From: Squalus acanthias | Taxonomy: Eukaryota | Assembly (NCBI GenBank): GCA_030390025.1 | Contig: CM059452.1 | Location: 7,130,001 to 7,194,000, forward strand | Direction: 5' to 3' | Length of the DNA: 64,000 nt | In this document: in pieces, positions 12,656-26,470 of the stretch | Position numbering within the stretch: the first letter of the stretch is position 1 | Layout: each line of letters opens with the position of its first letter | The notes under the pieces: generated by a model | What the model was told of the DNA's origin: nothing | The model's input: the letters and a program-made list of their open reading frames with translations, nothing else | Databases searched by the model: none | Translations under genes and position numbers: made by a program

Positions 12656-13549
12656 GGGGGAAAAATTAGGTCGCGCCCCATTTGGGGCGCAAATATCGTC
12701 TGGACGCAAATATTAGCGCCTGGCGCTAATTATCGGCACTGACTGGAAACTTCACTTTTACCGCCCCGGGAGGTGAGTGGAGCGCTAAATCAGGCGCTGC
12801 ACACCTGTCTTAAGGCGCAAAGGCCAAGGAGTGAGGCGCTAACTCAGAGCGCTGGCGAAGCTCATGTAATGTCAGTCAGCAATGGAACACACACACAATG
12901 GCACGGGCCAGTTCTTAAAGGGGATGGTTAATCTTGCTTTCCATCCACATCCTGTTCATTGCAGCCTTGAATCTCGGCCTGGAGAGACTTGCACATCAAA
13001 TGTGCTGGAAAGAACAATGGAGAGTACCAGGCAAAGAGCTCAGAGTGCAGCTCCCACAGTCTCTGCTAAATCGATACAAGGAATGGCAAATCAAAATGAA
13101 CCTGCAAAGTGCTGCTCAGTACCCAAAACTCCTTCACACAACGTTGAATCTCTCCAGAAGTCTCTCCCTCTCTCTCTCAGAATGCGTAGTTCAAAAATGC
13201 CACCAACAATAAAAGACAGGAAGAGGCCCCCTTTAAATAGCGCCCCCCCGCAGCCCCACAGCGAATGATAGCGTTCCAGTCTTCTGGTCGTTGGATGCGC
13301 CAGGCGGTAAGGCAGGGGGCGCCACTCAATTTCCGCTCCAGGGCGCCACAAGGGCGTTGCACCATGGAATGACGTCACAATCTGCACGAGCAGGTGGTCG
13401 CAGCGGTAAAGTTTAGCGCCGCCGCACAATCTCTAGTTAAGTTCCCGAGCGGCGCAAACATCGCTGCGCCCGGGCGTTAGCGGCTTTGCGCCCCATTAGC
13501 GCCCTCTTAAGGCGCTAACGGGAGGCGCAACCAACTGCATTTTTACCCC
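12656..13549. mobile_element. Non-autonomous DNA transposon (MITE), PIF/Harbinger-like
   Basis: Termini GGGGGAAAAAT...ATTTTTACCCC (11-bp imperfect TIR); TTA duplicated at 12653-12655 and 13550-13552 inside a satellite monomer (GAGATTTA|ATCT); many subterminal GGCGC/GCGCC motifs; no transposase. Confidence 0.8.
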
Positions 13550-16500
13550 TTAATCTTTATCGAACGTGCACTGTACCTGCCCTTGGATTGTTGGATGGGG
13601 CAGCTTCGAGGGAGTTTTACACTGTATCTGAACCAAGCAGTCCCTGCCCCGGGTGTGATTTGGGACAGTGTCGAAGGAGCTTTACTCTGTAGCTAACCCG
13701 TGCTGTCCCTGACCTCGGAGTGTTTGATGGGACAGTGTAGAGGGAGATTTACTCTGTAACAAACCGTGCTGTACCTACCCTGGGAGTGTTTGAGGGGACA
13801 GTGTAGAGGGAGTGTTACTCGGTATCTAAACCGTGCTGTACCTGCCCAGGGAGTGTTTGATGGGACTGTGTAGACAGAGCTTTACTCTGTTTCTAACCTG
13901 TACTTTACCTGCCCTGGGAGAGTTTGATTGGGCAGTGTAGAGGGAGATTTACATTGTATCTAACCCTTGCTGTCCCTGCCCTTGGTGTGTGATTCGGGAC
14001 AGTGTAGAAGGTGCTTTACTCTGTATCCAACCCGTGCTGTACCTGCTCTGGTAGTGTTTGATGGGACAGTGTCGAGGGAGCTTTACTCTGTAGCTAACCC
14101 GTGCTGTCCCTGCCCTTGCAGTGTTTGATGGGACAGTGTAGAGGGAGATTTAAACTGTATGTCACCCGTGCTGTACTTCTCCTGGTTGTGTATTTTGGGA
14201 CAGTGTCGAAGGAGCTTTACTCTGTAACTAACCGGTGCTGTACCTGCCCTGGGAGTGTTTGATGGGACAGTGCAGAGGGAGCTTTACTCTGTAGCTAACC
14301 GGTGCTGTACTTGCCCTGGGAGTTTTTGATGGGACAGTTTAGAGTGAGCTTTACTCTGCATCTAAACTGTGCTGTACCTGGCCTGGCAGTGTTTGGTACG
14401 ACAGTGTAGAAGGAGCTTTACTCTGTATCTAAACTGTACTTTCCCTGCCCTGGGAGTGTTTGATGGGACAGTTCAGACAGAGCGTTACTTTGTATCTAAC
14501 CCTTGCTGTACCTGCACTAGGAGACTTTGCTGGGACAGAGTAGAGAGAACTTTACTCTGTATCTAACCCGTGCTGCACCTGCCCAAGGAGTGTTTGATGG
14601 GAAAGTGTCGAGGTCACTTTACTTTGTATCTAACCCATGGTGTCCCTGCCATGGGAGTCTTTGATGGGACAGTGCAGAAGGAGCTTTATTCTATATTAAA
14701 CCCGTGCTGTACCTGCCCTGGGAGTGTTTGAAGGGAAAGTGTAGAAGGAGCTTTACTCTGTATCTAAGCTGTGCAGTACCTGCCCTGTGAATGTTTGATG
14801 GGACAGTGTAGAGGGATATTTAATTTGTATCTAACCCGTTATGTCCCTGCCCTGGATGTGTGATTCGGGACAGTGTAGAAGGAGTTTTACTCTGTATCTA
14901 ACCCGTGCTGTATTGCCCTGGGAGTGTTTGATGGGTCAGTGTAGAGGGAGCTTTACTCTGTATCTAATCCGTGCTGTACCTGCCCTGGGAGTATTTGATG
15001 GGACAGTGTAGAGGGAGCTTTACTCTGTATCTAACCCGTGCTGTACCTGCCCCGGGAGTGTTTGATGGGACAGTGCAGAGGGAGATTTACTCTGTATCTA
15101 ACCCGTGCTGTACCTGCCCTGGGATTGGTTTGATGGAACAGTGTAGAGGGAGAATTAATCTGTTTCTAACCTGCACTGTACCTGCACTGGGAGTGTTTGA
15201 TGGGACAGTGTAGAGGGAGCTTTACACTGTATCTAACCCGTGCTGTCCCTGCCCTGGGAATGTTTGATGGAACAGTTTAGATGGAGCATTACACTGTATC
15301 TAACCCGTGCTGTACCTTCTCTGGGAGCATTTGATGGGACAGTGTAGAGGGAGCGTTACTCTGTGTCTAACCCGTGCTGTCCCTGCCTTGGGATTGTGTG
15401 ATGGGACAGTGTAGAGGGAGATTTACTCTGTATCTAACCCGTGCTGTACCTGCCCTGGGAGTGTTTGATGGGACAGTGTAGAGGGAGCTTTACTCTGTAT
15501 CTAACCCGTGCTGTACCTGCCCTGGGAGTGTTTGATGGGACAGTGTAGAGGGAGCTTTACTCTGTATCTAACCCGTGCTGTACCTGCCCTGAGAATCTGG
15601 AATAGAACAGTATAGAGGGAGCGTTAATGTGTATCTATCACTTTTTGTACCTGCACAAGGAGTGTTTGATGGGCCAGTGTAGAGGGAGCTTTTTTCTGTG
15701 TCTAACCCGTGCTGTGCATGCCGTGGGAGTGTTTGCTGGGACAGTGTCGAGGGAGCTTCACTCTGTATCTAACCCGTGCTGTGCCTGCTCTGGGAATGTT
15801 TGATGGGACAGTGTGGATGGAACTTTACTCTTTATCTAACGTGTGTTCTGCCTGCGCTGGGAATGTTTGAAGGGATAGTGTAGAGGGAGCTTTACTCTGT
15901 ATCTAACCTGCGGTGTACCTGCCCTCGGAGTGTTTGATGGGACAGTGTGGAGGGAGCTTTACTCTGTATCTAACCCGTTCTGTACCTGCACTGGTAGTGT
16001 TGCATTGGACAGTGTAGCGGGAGCTTTACTCTGTATCTAACCCAAGCTGTACCTGCACTGGAAGACCTTGTTGGGACAGTGTAGATTGAGCTTCATTCTG
16101 TATCTAACCTGTTATATACCTTCCTAGGGAGTATTTGATGGTGCATTGTAGAGGGAGATTTACACTTTATCTAACCCAAGCTGTCCCTGCCCTGAGTGTG
16201 TGATTTGTGACAGAGTAGTGGAAGCTTAACTCTGAAGCCAACCCGTGCTGTCCCTGCGCCGCGATTGTGTGATGGGACAGTGTAGAGGGAGCTTTATTCT
16301 GTATCTAACCCGTGCTGTACCTGCCCTGGGAGTGTTTGATGGGACAGTGTAGAGGGAGCTTTACTCTCTATCTAACCCGTGCTGTACCTGCCCTGGGAGT
16401 GTTTGGTGGGACAGTGTTGAGGGAGCTTTGCTCTGTATCTTACCCGTGCTGTACCTGCACTTGGAGACTTTGCTGGGACAGTGTATAGGGTGCTTTATAC

Positions 16501-19202
16501 TGCATCTAACCCGTGCTGTCCCTGCCCTGGGAGTGTTTGATGGGCCAGTGTGGAGGGAGCTTTTTTCTGTGTCTAACCCGTGCTGTGCGTGCCCTGGGAG
16601 TGTTTGCTGGGACAGTGTCGAGGCAGCTTCACTCGGAATCTAACCCGTGCTGTGCCTGCTCTGGGAATGTTTGATGGGACAGTGTGGATGGAACTTTACT
16701 CTTTATCTAACGTGTGCTCTGCCTGCGCTGGGAATGTTTGAAGGGATAGTGTAGAGAGAGCTTTACTCTGTATCTAACCTGCGGTGTACCTGCCCTCGGA
16801 GTGTTTGATGGGACAGTGTAGAGGGAGATTTAATTTGTATCTACCCCGTTCTGTACCTGCACTGGTAGTGTTGGATTGGACAGTGTAGCGGGAGCTTTAC
16901 TCTGTATCTAACCCGTGCAGTACCTGTCCTGGGAGTGTTTGATGGGACAGTGTCGAGGGAGATTTACTTTGTATCTACCCCGTTCTGTACCTGCACTGGT
17001 AGTGTTGGATTGGACAGTGTAGTGGGAGCTTTACTCTGTATCTAACCCGTGCAGTACCTGCCCTGGGAGTGTTTGATGGGACAGTGTAGAGGGAGCTTTA
17101 CTCTGTATCTAACCCGTGCAGTATCTGTCCTGGGAGTGTTTGATGGGACAGTTTAGAGAGACCTATACTCTGTATCTAACCGATGCTGTACCTGCACTGA
17201 GATTGTGTGATGGGACAGTGTAGATTGAGCTTCATTCTGTATCTAACCTGTTATATACCTTCCTAGGGAGTGTTTGATGGTGCATTGTAGAGGGAGATTT
17301 ACACTTTATCTAACCCAATCTGTCTCTGCCCTGAGTGTGTGATTTGTGACAGAGTAGTGGAAGCTTAACTCTGAAGCTAACCCGTGCTGTCCCTGCGCCG
17401 CGATTGTGTGATGGGACAGTGTAGAGGGAGCTTTATTCTGTATCTAACCCGTGCTGTACCTGCCCTGGGAGTGTTTGATGGGACAGTGTAGAGGGAGCTT
17501 TACTCTCTATCTAACCCGTGCTGTACCTGCCTTGGGAGTGTTTGATGGGACAGTGTAGAGGGAGCTTTACTCTGTATGTAACCCGTGCTGTCCCTGCCCT
17601 GGGAGTGTTTGATGGGACAGTGTAGAGGGAGCTTTACTCTGTCTCTAACCCGTGCTGTACCTGCCCTGGGAGGGTTTGTTGGGATAGTGTAGAATGAGCT
17701 TTACTCTGCATCTAAACCGTGCAGTACCTCCTCTGGGAGTGTTTGATGAAACAGTACAAAGGGTGCGTTAATGTGCATCTATCCCTTTCCGTACCTGTAC
17801 TAGGAGTGTTTGATGGGAAAATTTAGAAGGAGCTTTACATTTTATCTAACCCGTTCTGTACCTGCACTGGGAGTGTTGGATGGGACCGTGTAGAGGGAGA
17901 TTTACTCTGTATCTAACCCGTGCTGTACCTGTCCTGGGAGTGTTTGATGGGACAGTGTAGAGAGACCTATACTCTGTATCTAACCCATGCTGTACCTGCA
18001 CTGGAAGACCTTGTTGGGACAGTGTAGAGGGAGCTTTACTTTGTATCTAACCATGTTTTCCCTGCCATGGGTGTGTGATTTGGGACAGTGTAAAAGGAGC
18101 TTTACTCTGTAGCTAACCCGTGCTGTCCCTGCACTGAGATTGTGTGATGGGACAGTGTAGATTGAACTTCATTCTGTATCTACCCCCTGTTATATACCTG
18201 CCTTGGGAGTGTTTGATGGTGCATTGTAGAGGGAGATTTACACTTTATCTAACCCAAGCTGTCCCTGCCCTTAGTGTGTGATTTGGGACAGTGTAGAGGA
18301 AGCTTTACTCTGTATCTAACCCATGCTGTCCCTGCGCTGCGATTGTGTGATGATACAGTGTAGAGGGAGCTTTATTCTGTATGTAACCCGTGCTGTACCT
18401 GCCCTGGGAGTATTTGATGGTCATGATGCGGAGATGCCGGTGTTTGATGGGACAGTGTAGAGGGAGATTTACTTTGTTTCTAACCCGTGCTGTGCCTGCC
18501 CTGGGAATGTTGGATGCAACAGTGTAGAGGGAGCATTAATGACTATCTAACCCTTTTTATACCTGCACAAGGAGTGTTTGATGGTTCAGTGTAGAGGGAG
18601 CTTTACAATGTATCAAACCCTTGCTGTACCTGCCCTGGGAGTTTTTGATGGGACAGTGTCGAAGGAGCATTACTCTGTATCTTACACGCGCTGTCCCTGC
18701 CCTGGGATAGTTTGATGGGTCAGTGTAGAGGGAGATTTACTCTGTATCTAACCTGCGCTGTACCTGCCGTGGGATAGTTTGATGGGTCAGTGTAGAGGGA
18801 GATTTACTTGGTATCTAACCCGTTCTGTACCTGCTCTGGGAGTGTTGGATGGGACTGTGTAGAGGGAGATTTTCTCTGTATCTAACCCGTGCAATACCTG
18901 TCCTGGGAGTGTTTGATGGGACAGTGTAGAGGGAGATTTACTTTGTATATAACCCCTGCTCTGCCTGCTCTGGCAGTGCTTGTTTGGTGAGTGTCGAGTG
19001 AGCTTTACTCTGCATCTAACCCGTACTTTACCTGCCCTGGGAGTGTTTGATGGGACAATAAAGATGGAGCACTACTCTGTATCTAACCCGTGCTGTACCT
19101 GCCCTGGGAGTGTTTGATGGGACAGTGTAGAGAGAGCATCACTCTGTATCTGACCCGTGCTGTACCTGCCCTGGGAGTGTTGAATGTGAGAGTGTCGAGG
19201 GA
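13550..19202 (+). repeat. 67-bp satellite array (block 4)
   Basis: Tandem 67-bp monomers. Confidence 0.97.
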
Positions 19203-19263
19203 GTTGATGTGCCGAATGGCCTCCTTCTGTGCCGTTATGTCTGTATGAATCTAGGACTCTATA

Positions 19264-19500
19264 AAGCAGGGGTGTACGCCCTGGTTTGTTGCTGAATATT
19301 TAACACTCAACAAAAATCACTAAACACAGATATTTTGGTCAATATCTCCTTGCTGTGTGTGGGATCTTGCTGTGCGCAAAATTGCTGCAGCATTTCCTAC
19401 TTTACAACAGTGACTATACTTCCAAAGTTCTTCATTGTCTGTAAAGCGCTTTGGGACGTCCTGAGCCAGTGAAAGGCGCTATATAAATGCAAGATCTTTC
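19264..19500 (+). mobile_element. 5'-truncated Deu-domain SINE, copy 3
   Basis: Same sequence as 1962-2198. Confidence 0.8.
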
Positions 19501-20293
19501 TAAATGACAACATTTTAATGGGTTGAAGCTTCCACTAAATGGACATCCAGTGGATCACCAGCCTGTTCACAGATGTCCCATTGATTTCGGCAGCAGAACT
19601 TTCAGAACTGAATTATTAATTTTAATATTTTTTCCTCTGTTATAAATCACATCTGTTTTAATTGAACAAATCTGAAGCCAACGTCACTGTTCGAGATATT
19701 TCTGTTCATTTTGTTCCAACTGTCAATATTCTTAAAATAAACCCTTGTTGTGAGTTGAAACGAATCAATAAGTGACTTTGTTGATCTGGTTTTGCTGCCA
19801 TGAACACTTCATGGAAACCAGTGAGGCGTTTATGTAAATAAACACAGAAATAGAAGTCCCAGATTAGAGTATTGAGCGACAGAAACACAATAAATGTTTC
19901 CCCACCAACACAGAACAGAAATAAAGAGAGAAATGCAAATGTCTCAACGGATTCCAGCAACAATTGTTTTTGGGACATTTCTCTAAGTTATAGGAGAATA
20001 AAGTAAAGATGATATCCATGTTCAGAATGGGGAAAGATTCCCACAAGTCACCGCACATAGTGACATCACAAATGTGTGTGTGGAGATTTCCTGTATCCTC
20101 TCCCTCTCTGCCTCTCTCTCCTATTTCCACCTTCTGTCTTGCCTCTCAAGAATGGATCATTGTTTTTGCTCAAAAACAAGACACAACGTCTGACAAAAGT
20201 TTTCCCTCAGCCCTATTCATAGGCCTCGAACCAAATTGATTGCAGTGCGCAGAGGGATCTTTAATATAAAATGTAACCTATACATTAGATAAA
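19501..20293. repeat. Cassette A copy 3 (octamer 19933-19940)
   Basis: Direct alignment by eye with copy 1. Confidence 0.9.
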
Positions 20294-23200
20294 CTGGGAA
20301 TGTTTGATGGGACAGTGTGGAGGGAGCTTTACTGTGTATCTAAACCGTGCAGTACCTGCCCTGGGAGTGTTTGATGGGACAGTGTAGAGGGAGCTTTACT
20401 CTGTATCTAACCCGTGCTGTACCTGCCCTGGGAGTGTTTGATGGGACAGTGTAGAGGGAGCTTTACTCTCTATCTAACCCGTGCTGTACCTGCCTTGGGA
20501 GTGTTTGATGGGACAGTGTAGAGGGAGTATTACTTTGTATCTAACCCGTGCTGTACCTGCTCTGGGAGCATTTGATGGGACATGGTAGAGGGAGCTTTAC
20601 TCTGTGTCTAACCCGTGCTGTCCCTGCCTTGGGATTGTGTGATGGGACAGTGTAGAGGGAGATTTACTCTGTATCTAACCCGTGCTGTACCTGCCCTGGG
20701 AGTGTTTGATGGGACAGTGTAGAGGGAGCTTTACTCTATATCTAACCCGTGCTGTACCTGCCCTGGGAGTGTTTGATGGGACAGTGTAGAGGGAGCTTTA
20801 CTCTGTATCTAACCCGTGCTGTACCTGCCCTGGGAGTGTTTGATGGGACAGTGTAGAGGGAGCTTTACTCTATATCTAACCCGTGCTGTACCTGCCCTGG
20901 GAGTATTTGATGGGACAGTGTAGAGGGAGCTTTACTCTGTATCTAACCCGTGCTGTACCTGCCCTGAGAATCTGGAATAGAACAGTATAGAGGAAGCGTT
21001 AATGTGTATCTATCACTTTTTGTACCTGCACAAGGAGTGTTTGATGGGCCAGTGTAGAGGGTGCTTTTTTCTGTGTCTAACCCGTGCTGTGCATGCCGTG
21101 GGAGTGTTTGCTGGGACAGTGTCGAGGGAGCTTCACTCTGTATCTAACCCGTGCTGTGCCTGCTCTGGGAATGTTTGATGGGACAGTGTGGATGGAACTT
21201 TACTCTTTATCTAACGTGTGTTCTGCCTGCGCTGGGAATGTTTGAAGGGATAGTGTAGAGGGAGCTTTACTCTGTATCTAACCTGCGGTGTACCTGCCCT
21301 CGGAGTGTTTGATGGGACAGTGTGGAGGGAGCTTTACTCTGTATCTAACCCGTTCTGTACCTGCACTGGTAGTGTTGCATTGGACAGTGTAGCGGGAGCT
21401 TTACTCTGTATCTAACCCAAGCTGTACCTGCACTGGAAGACCTTGTTGGGACAGTGTAGATTGAGCTTCATTCTGTATCTAACCTGTTATATACCTTCCT
21501 AGGGAGTATTTGATGGTGCATTGTAGAGGGAGATTTACACTTTATCTAACCCAAGCTGTCCCTGCCCTGAGTGTGTGATTTGGGACAGTGTAGAGGGAGC
21601 TTTACTCTGTATCTAACCCATGCTGTCCCTGCGCTGCGATTGTTTGATGGGACAGTGTAGAGGGAGCTTTACTCTGTCGCTAACCCCTGCTGTCCCAGCC
21701 CTGGGTGTGTTTGAAGGGACATTGTAAAGAAAGCTTTACTCTGTATCTAACTCGTGCTGTACATGCCTTGGGAGTGTTTGATGGGATAGTGTAGAGGGAG
21801 CTTTACTCTGTATATAACCCGTGCTGTACCTGCACTGGGAGTGTTTGATGGGAGAGTGTAGATGGAGTTTTACTCTGTATCTAACCCGTGCTGTACCTGC
21901 ACTGGGAGTGTTTGATGGGACAGTGTAGAGGGAGCTTTACTCTGTATCTAACCCGTGCTGTACCTGCACTGGGAGTGTTTGATGGGAGAGTGTCGAGGGA
22001 GCTTCACTCTGTATCTAACCCGTGCTGTGCCTGCTCTGGGAATGTTTGATGGGACAGTGTGGATGGAACTTTACTCTTTATCTAACGCGTGCTCTGCCTG
22101 CGCTGGGAATGTTTGAAGGGATAGTGTAGAGAGAGCTTTACTCTGTATCTAACCTGCGGTGTACCTGCCCTCGGAGTGTTTGATGGGACAGTGTAGAGGG
22201 AGATTTAATTTGTATCTACCCCGTTCTGTACCTGCACTGGTAGTGTTGGATTGGACAGTGTAGCGGGAGCTTTACTCTGTATCTAACCCGTGCAGTACCT
22301 GTCCTGGGAGTGTTTGATGGGACAGTGTAGAGGGAGATTTACTTTGTATCTGCCCCGTTCTGTACCTGCACTGGTAGTGTTGGATTGGACAGTGTAGCGG
22401 GAGCTTTACTCTGTATCTAACCCGTGCTGTACCTGCCCTGGGAGTGTTTGATGGGACAGTGTAGAGGGAGCTTTACTCTGTATCTAACCCGTGCAGTACC
22501 TGTCCTGGGAGTGTTTGATGGGACAGTTTAGAGAGACCTATACTCTGTATCTAACCGATGCTGTACCTGCACTGAGATTGTGTGATGGGACAGTGTAGAT
22601 TGAGCTTCATTCTGTATCTAACCTGTTATATACCTTCCTAGGGAGTGTTTGATGGTGCATTGTAGAGGGAGATTTACACTTTATCTAACCCAATCTGTCT
22701 CTGCCCTGAGTGTGTGATTTGTGACAGAGTAGTGGAAGCTTAACTCTGAAGCTAACCCGTGCTGTCCCTGCGCCGCGATTGTGTGATGGGACAGTGTAGA
22801 GGGAGCTTTATTCTGTATCTAACCCGTGCTGTACCTGCCCTGGGAGTGTTTGATGGGACAGTGTAGAAGGAGCTTTACTCTGTATCTAACCCGTGCTGTA
22901 CCTGCCCTGGGAGTGTTTGATGGGACAGTGTAGAGGGAGCTTTACTCTCTATCTAACCCGTGCTGTACCTGCCTTGGGAGTGTTTGGTGGGCCCGTGTTG
23001 AGGGAGCTTTGCTCTGTATCTTAACCATGCTGTACCTGCCCTGGGGTTGTTTGATGGGACAGTGTAGAGGGTGCTTTACACTGCATCTAACCCGTGCTGT
23101 CCCTGCCCTGGGAGTGTTTGATGGGATAGTGTGGAGGGAGCTTTACTCTGTATCTAACCCGTGCTGTCCCTGCCCTGGGATTGTTTGATGGGACAGTGTA

Positions 23201-25380
23201 GAGGGAGCTTTACTCTGTATCTAACCCGTGCTGTACCTGGCCTGGGAGTGTTTGATGGGACAGTGTTGAGGCAGATTTACTCTGTCTCTAACCCGTGCAG
23301 GACCTGCCCCGGGAGGGTTTGTTGGGATAGTGTAGAATGAGCTTTACTCTGCATCTAAACCGTGCAGTACCTCCTCTGGGAGTGTTTGATGGAACAGTAC
23401 AAAGGGTGCGTTAATGTGCATCTATCCCTTTCCGTACCTGTACTAGGAGTGTTTAATGGGAAAATTTAGAAGGAGCTTTACATTTTATCTAACCCGTTCT
23501 GTACCTGCACTGGGAGTGTTTGATGGGACAGTGTAGAGAGACCTATACTCTGTATCTAACCCATGCTGTACCTGCACTGGAAGACCTTGTTGGGACAGCG
23601 TAGAGGGAGCTTTATTCTGTATCTAACCCGTGCTGTACCTGCCCCGGGAGTGTGTGATGATACAGTGTAGAGGGAGCTTTATTCTGTATCTAACCCGTGC
23701 TGTACCTGCCCTGGGAGTGTTTGATGGGACAGTGTAGAGGGAGCTTTATTCTGTATCTAACCCGTGCTGTACCTGCGCTGGGAGTATTTGATGGGACAGT
23801 GTAGAGGGAGCTTTATTCTGTATGTAACCCGTGCTGTACCTGCGCTGGGAGTATTTGATGGGACAGTGTAGAGGCAGATTTACTCTGTCTCTAACCCGTG
23901 CAGGACCTGCCCCGGGAGTGTTTGTTGGGATAGTGTAGAATGAGCTTTACTCTGCATCTAAACCGTGCAGTACCTCCTCTGGGAGTGTTTGATGGAACAG
24001 TACAGAGGGTGCGTTAATGTGTATCTATCCCTTTCCGTACCTGTACTAGGAGTGTTTGATGGGAAAATGTAGAAGGAGCTTTACTTTTTATCTAACCCGT
24101 TCTGTACCTGCACTGGGAGTGTTGGATGGGTCAGTGTAGAGAGACCTATACTCTGTATCTAACCCATGCTGTACCTGCACTGGAAGACCTTGTTGGGACA
24201 GTGTAGAGGGAGCTTTACTTTGTATCTAACCATGTTTTCCCTGCCATGGGTGTGTGATTTGGGACAGTGTAAAAGGACCTTTACTCTGTAGCTAACCCGT
24301 GCTGTCCCTGCACTGAGATTGTGTGATGGGACAGTGTAGATTGAACTTCATTCTGTATCTACCCCCTGTTATATACCTGCCTTGGGAGTGTTTGATGGTG
24401 CATTGTAGAGGGAGATTTACACTTTATCTAACCCAAGCTGTCCCTGCCCTGAGTGTGTGATTTGGGACAGTGCAGAGGAAGCTTTACTCTGTATCTAAAC
24501 CGTGCTGTCCCTGCGCTGCGATTGTGTGATGGGACAGTGTAGAGGGAGCTTTACTCTGTATCTAACCCGTGCTGTACCTGCCCTGGGAGTATTTGATGGT
24601 CATGATGCGGAGATGCCGTGTTTGATGGACAGTGTAGAGGGAGCTTTACTCTGTATCTAACCCGTGCTGTACCTGCCCTGGGAATGTTGGATGCAACAGT
24701 GTAGAGGGAGCGTTAATGACTATCTAACCCTTTTTATACCTGCACAAGGAGTGTTTGATGGTTCAGTGTAGAGGCAGCTTTACAATGTATCGAACCCTTG
24801 CTGTACCTGCCCTGGGAGTTTTTGATGGGACAGTGTAGAGGCAGCTTTACTCTGTATCTTACACGCGCTGTCCCTGCCCTGGGATAGTTTGATGGGTCAG
24901 TGTAGAGGGAGATTTACTCTGTATCTAACCTGCGCTGTACCTGCCGTGGGATAGTTTGATGGGTCAGTGTAGAGGGAGATTTACTTGGTATCTAACCCGT
25001 TCTGTACCTGCTCTGGGAGTGTTGGATGGGACAGTGTAGAGGGAGATTTTCTCTGTATCTAACCCGTGCAATACCTGTCCTGGGAGTGTTTGATGGGACA
25101 GTGTAGAGGGAGATTTACTTTGTATATAACCCCTGCTCTGCCTGCTCTGGCAGTGCTTGTTTGGTGAGTGTCGAGTGAGCTTTACTCTGCATCTAACCCG
25201 TACTTTACCTGCCCTGGGAGTGTTTGATGGGACAATAAAGATGGAGCACTACTTTGTATCTAACCCGTGCTGTACCTGCCCTGGGAGTGTTTGATGGGAC
25301 AGTGCAGAGAGAGCATCACTCTGTATCTGACCCGTGCTGTACCTGCCCTGGGAGTGTTGAATGTGAGAGTGTCGAGGGAG
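20294..25380 (+). repeat. 67-bp satellite array (block 5)
   Basis: Tandem 67-bp monomers; largely a duplicate of block 4. Confidence 0.97.
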
Positions 25381-25440
25381 TTGATGTGCCGAATGGCCTC
25401 CTTCTGTGCCGTTATGTCTGTATGAATCTAGGACTCTATA

Positions 25441-25675
25441 AAGCAGGGGTGTACGCCCTGGTTTGTTGCTGAATATTTAACACTCAACAAAAATCACTAA
25501 ACACAGATATTTTGGTCAATATCTCCTTGCTGTGTGTGGGATCTTGCTGTGCGCAAAATTGCTGCAGCATTTCCTACTTTACAACAGTGACTATATTTCC
25601 AAAGTTCTTCATTGTCTGCAAAGCTCTTTGGGACGTCCTGAGGCAGTGAAAGGCGCTATATAAATGCAAGATCTT
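25441..25675 (+). mobile_element. 5'-truncated Deu-domain SINE, copy 4
   Basis: Same sequence as 1962-2198. Confidence 0.8.
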
Positions 25676-26470
25676 GCTAAATGTCAACATTTTAATTTGT
25701 TGAAGCTTCCACTAAATGGACATCCAGTGGATCACCAGCCTGTTCACAGATGTCCCATTGATTTCGGCAGCAGAACTTTCAGAACTGAATTATTAATTTT
25801 AATATTTTTTCCTCTGTTATAAATCACATCTGTTTTAATTGAACAAATCTGAAGCCAACGTCACTGTTCGAGATATTTCTGTTCATTTTGTTCCAACTGT
25901 CAATATTCTTAAAATAAACCCTTGTTGTGAGTTGAAACGAATCAATAAGTGACTTTGTTGATCTGGTTTTGCTGCCATGAACACTTCATGGAAACCAGTG
26001 AGGCGTTTATGTAAATAAACACAGAAATAGAAGTCCCAGATTAGAGTATTGAGCGACAGAAACACAATAAATGTTTCCCCATCAACACAGAACAGAAATA
26101 AAGAGAGAAATGCAAATGTCTCAACGATTCCAGCAACAATTGTTTTTGGGACATTTCTCTAAGTTATAGGAGAATAAAGTAAAGATGATATCCATGTTCA
26201 GAATGGGGAAAGATTCCCACAAGTCACCGCACATAGTGACATCACAAATGTGTGTGTGGAGATTTCCTGTATCCTCTCCCTCTCTGCCTCTCTCTCCTAT
26301 TTCCACCTTCTGTCTTGCCTCTCAAGAATGGATCATTGTCTTTACCCCAAAACAAGATGTCAACGTCTTACAAAAGTTTTCCCTCAGCCCTATTCATAGG
26401 CCTCGAACCAAATTGATTGGAGTGCGCAGAGGGAGCTTTAATCTAAAATGTAACCTATACATTAGATAAA
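25676..26470. repeat. Cassette A copy 4 (octamer 26110-26117)
   Basis: Direct alignment by eye with copy 3. Confidence 0.9.

Noticed and set aside
12882-13429. ORFs inside the MITE
   Set aside because: No DDE transposase or Myb/SANT features; overlapping ORFs expected in GC-rich sequence
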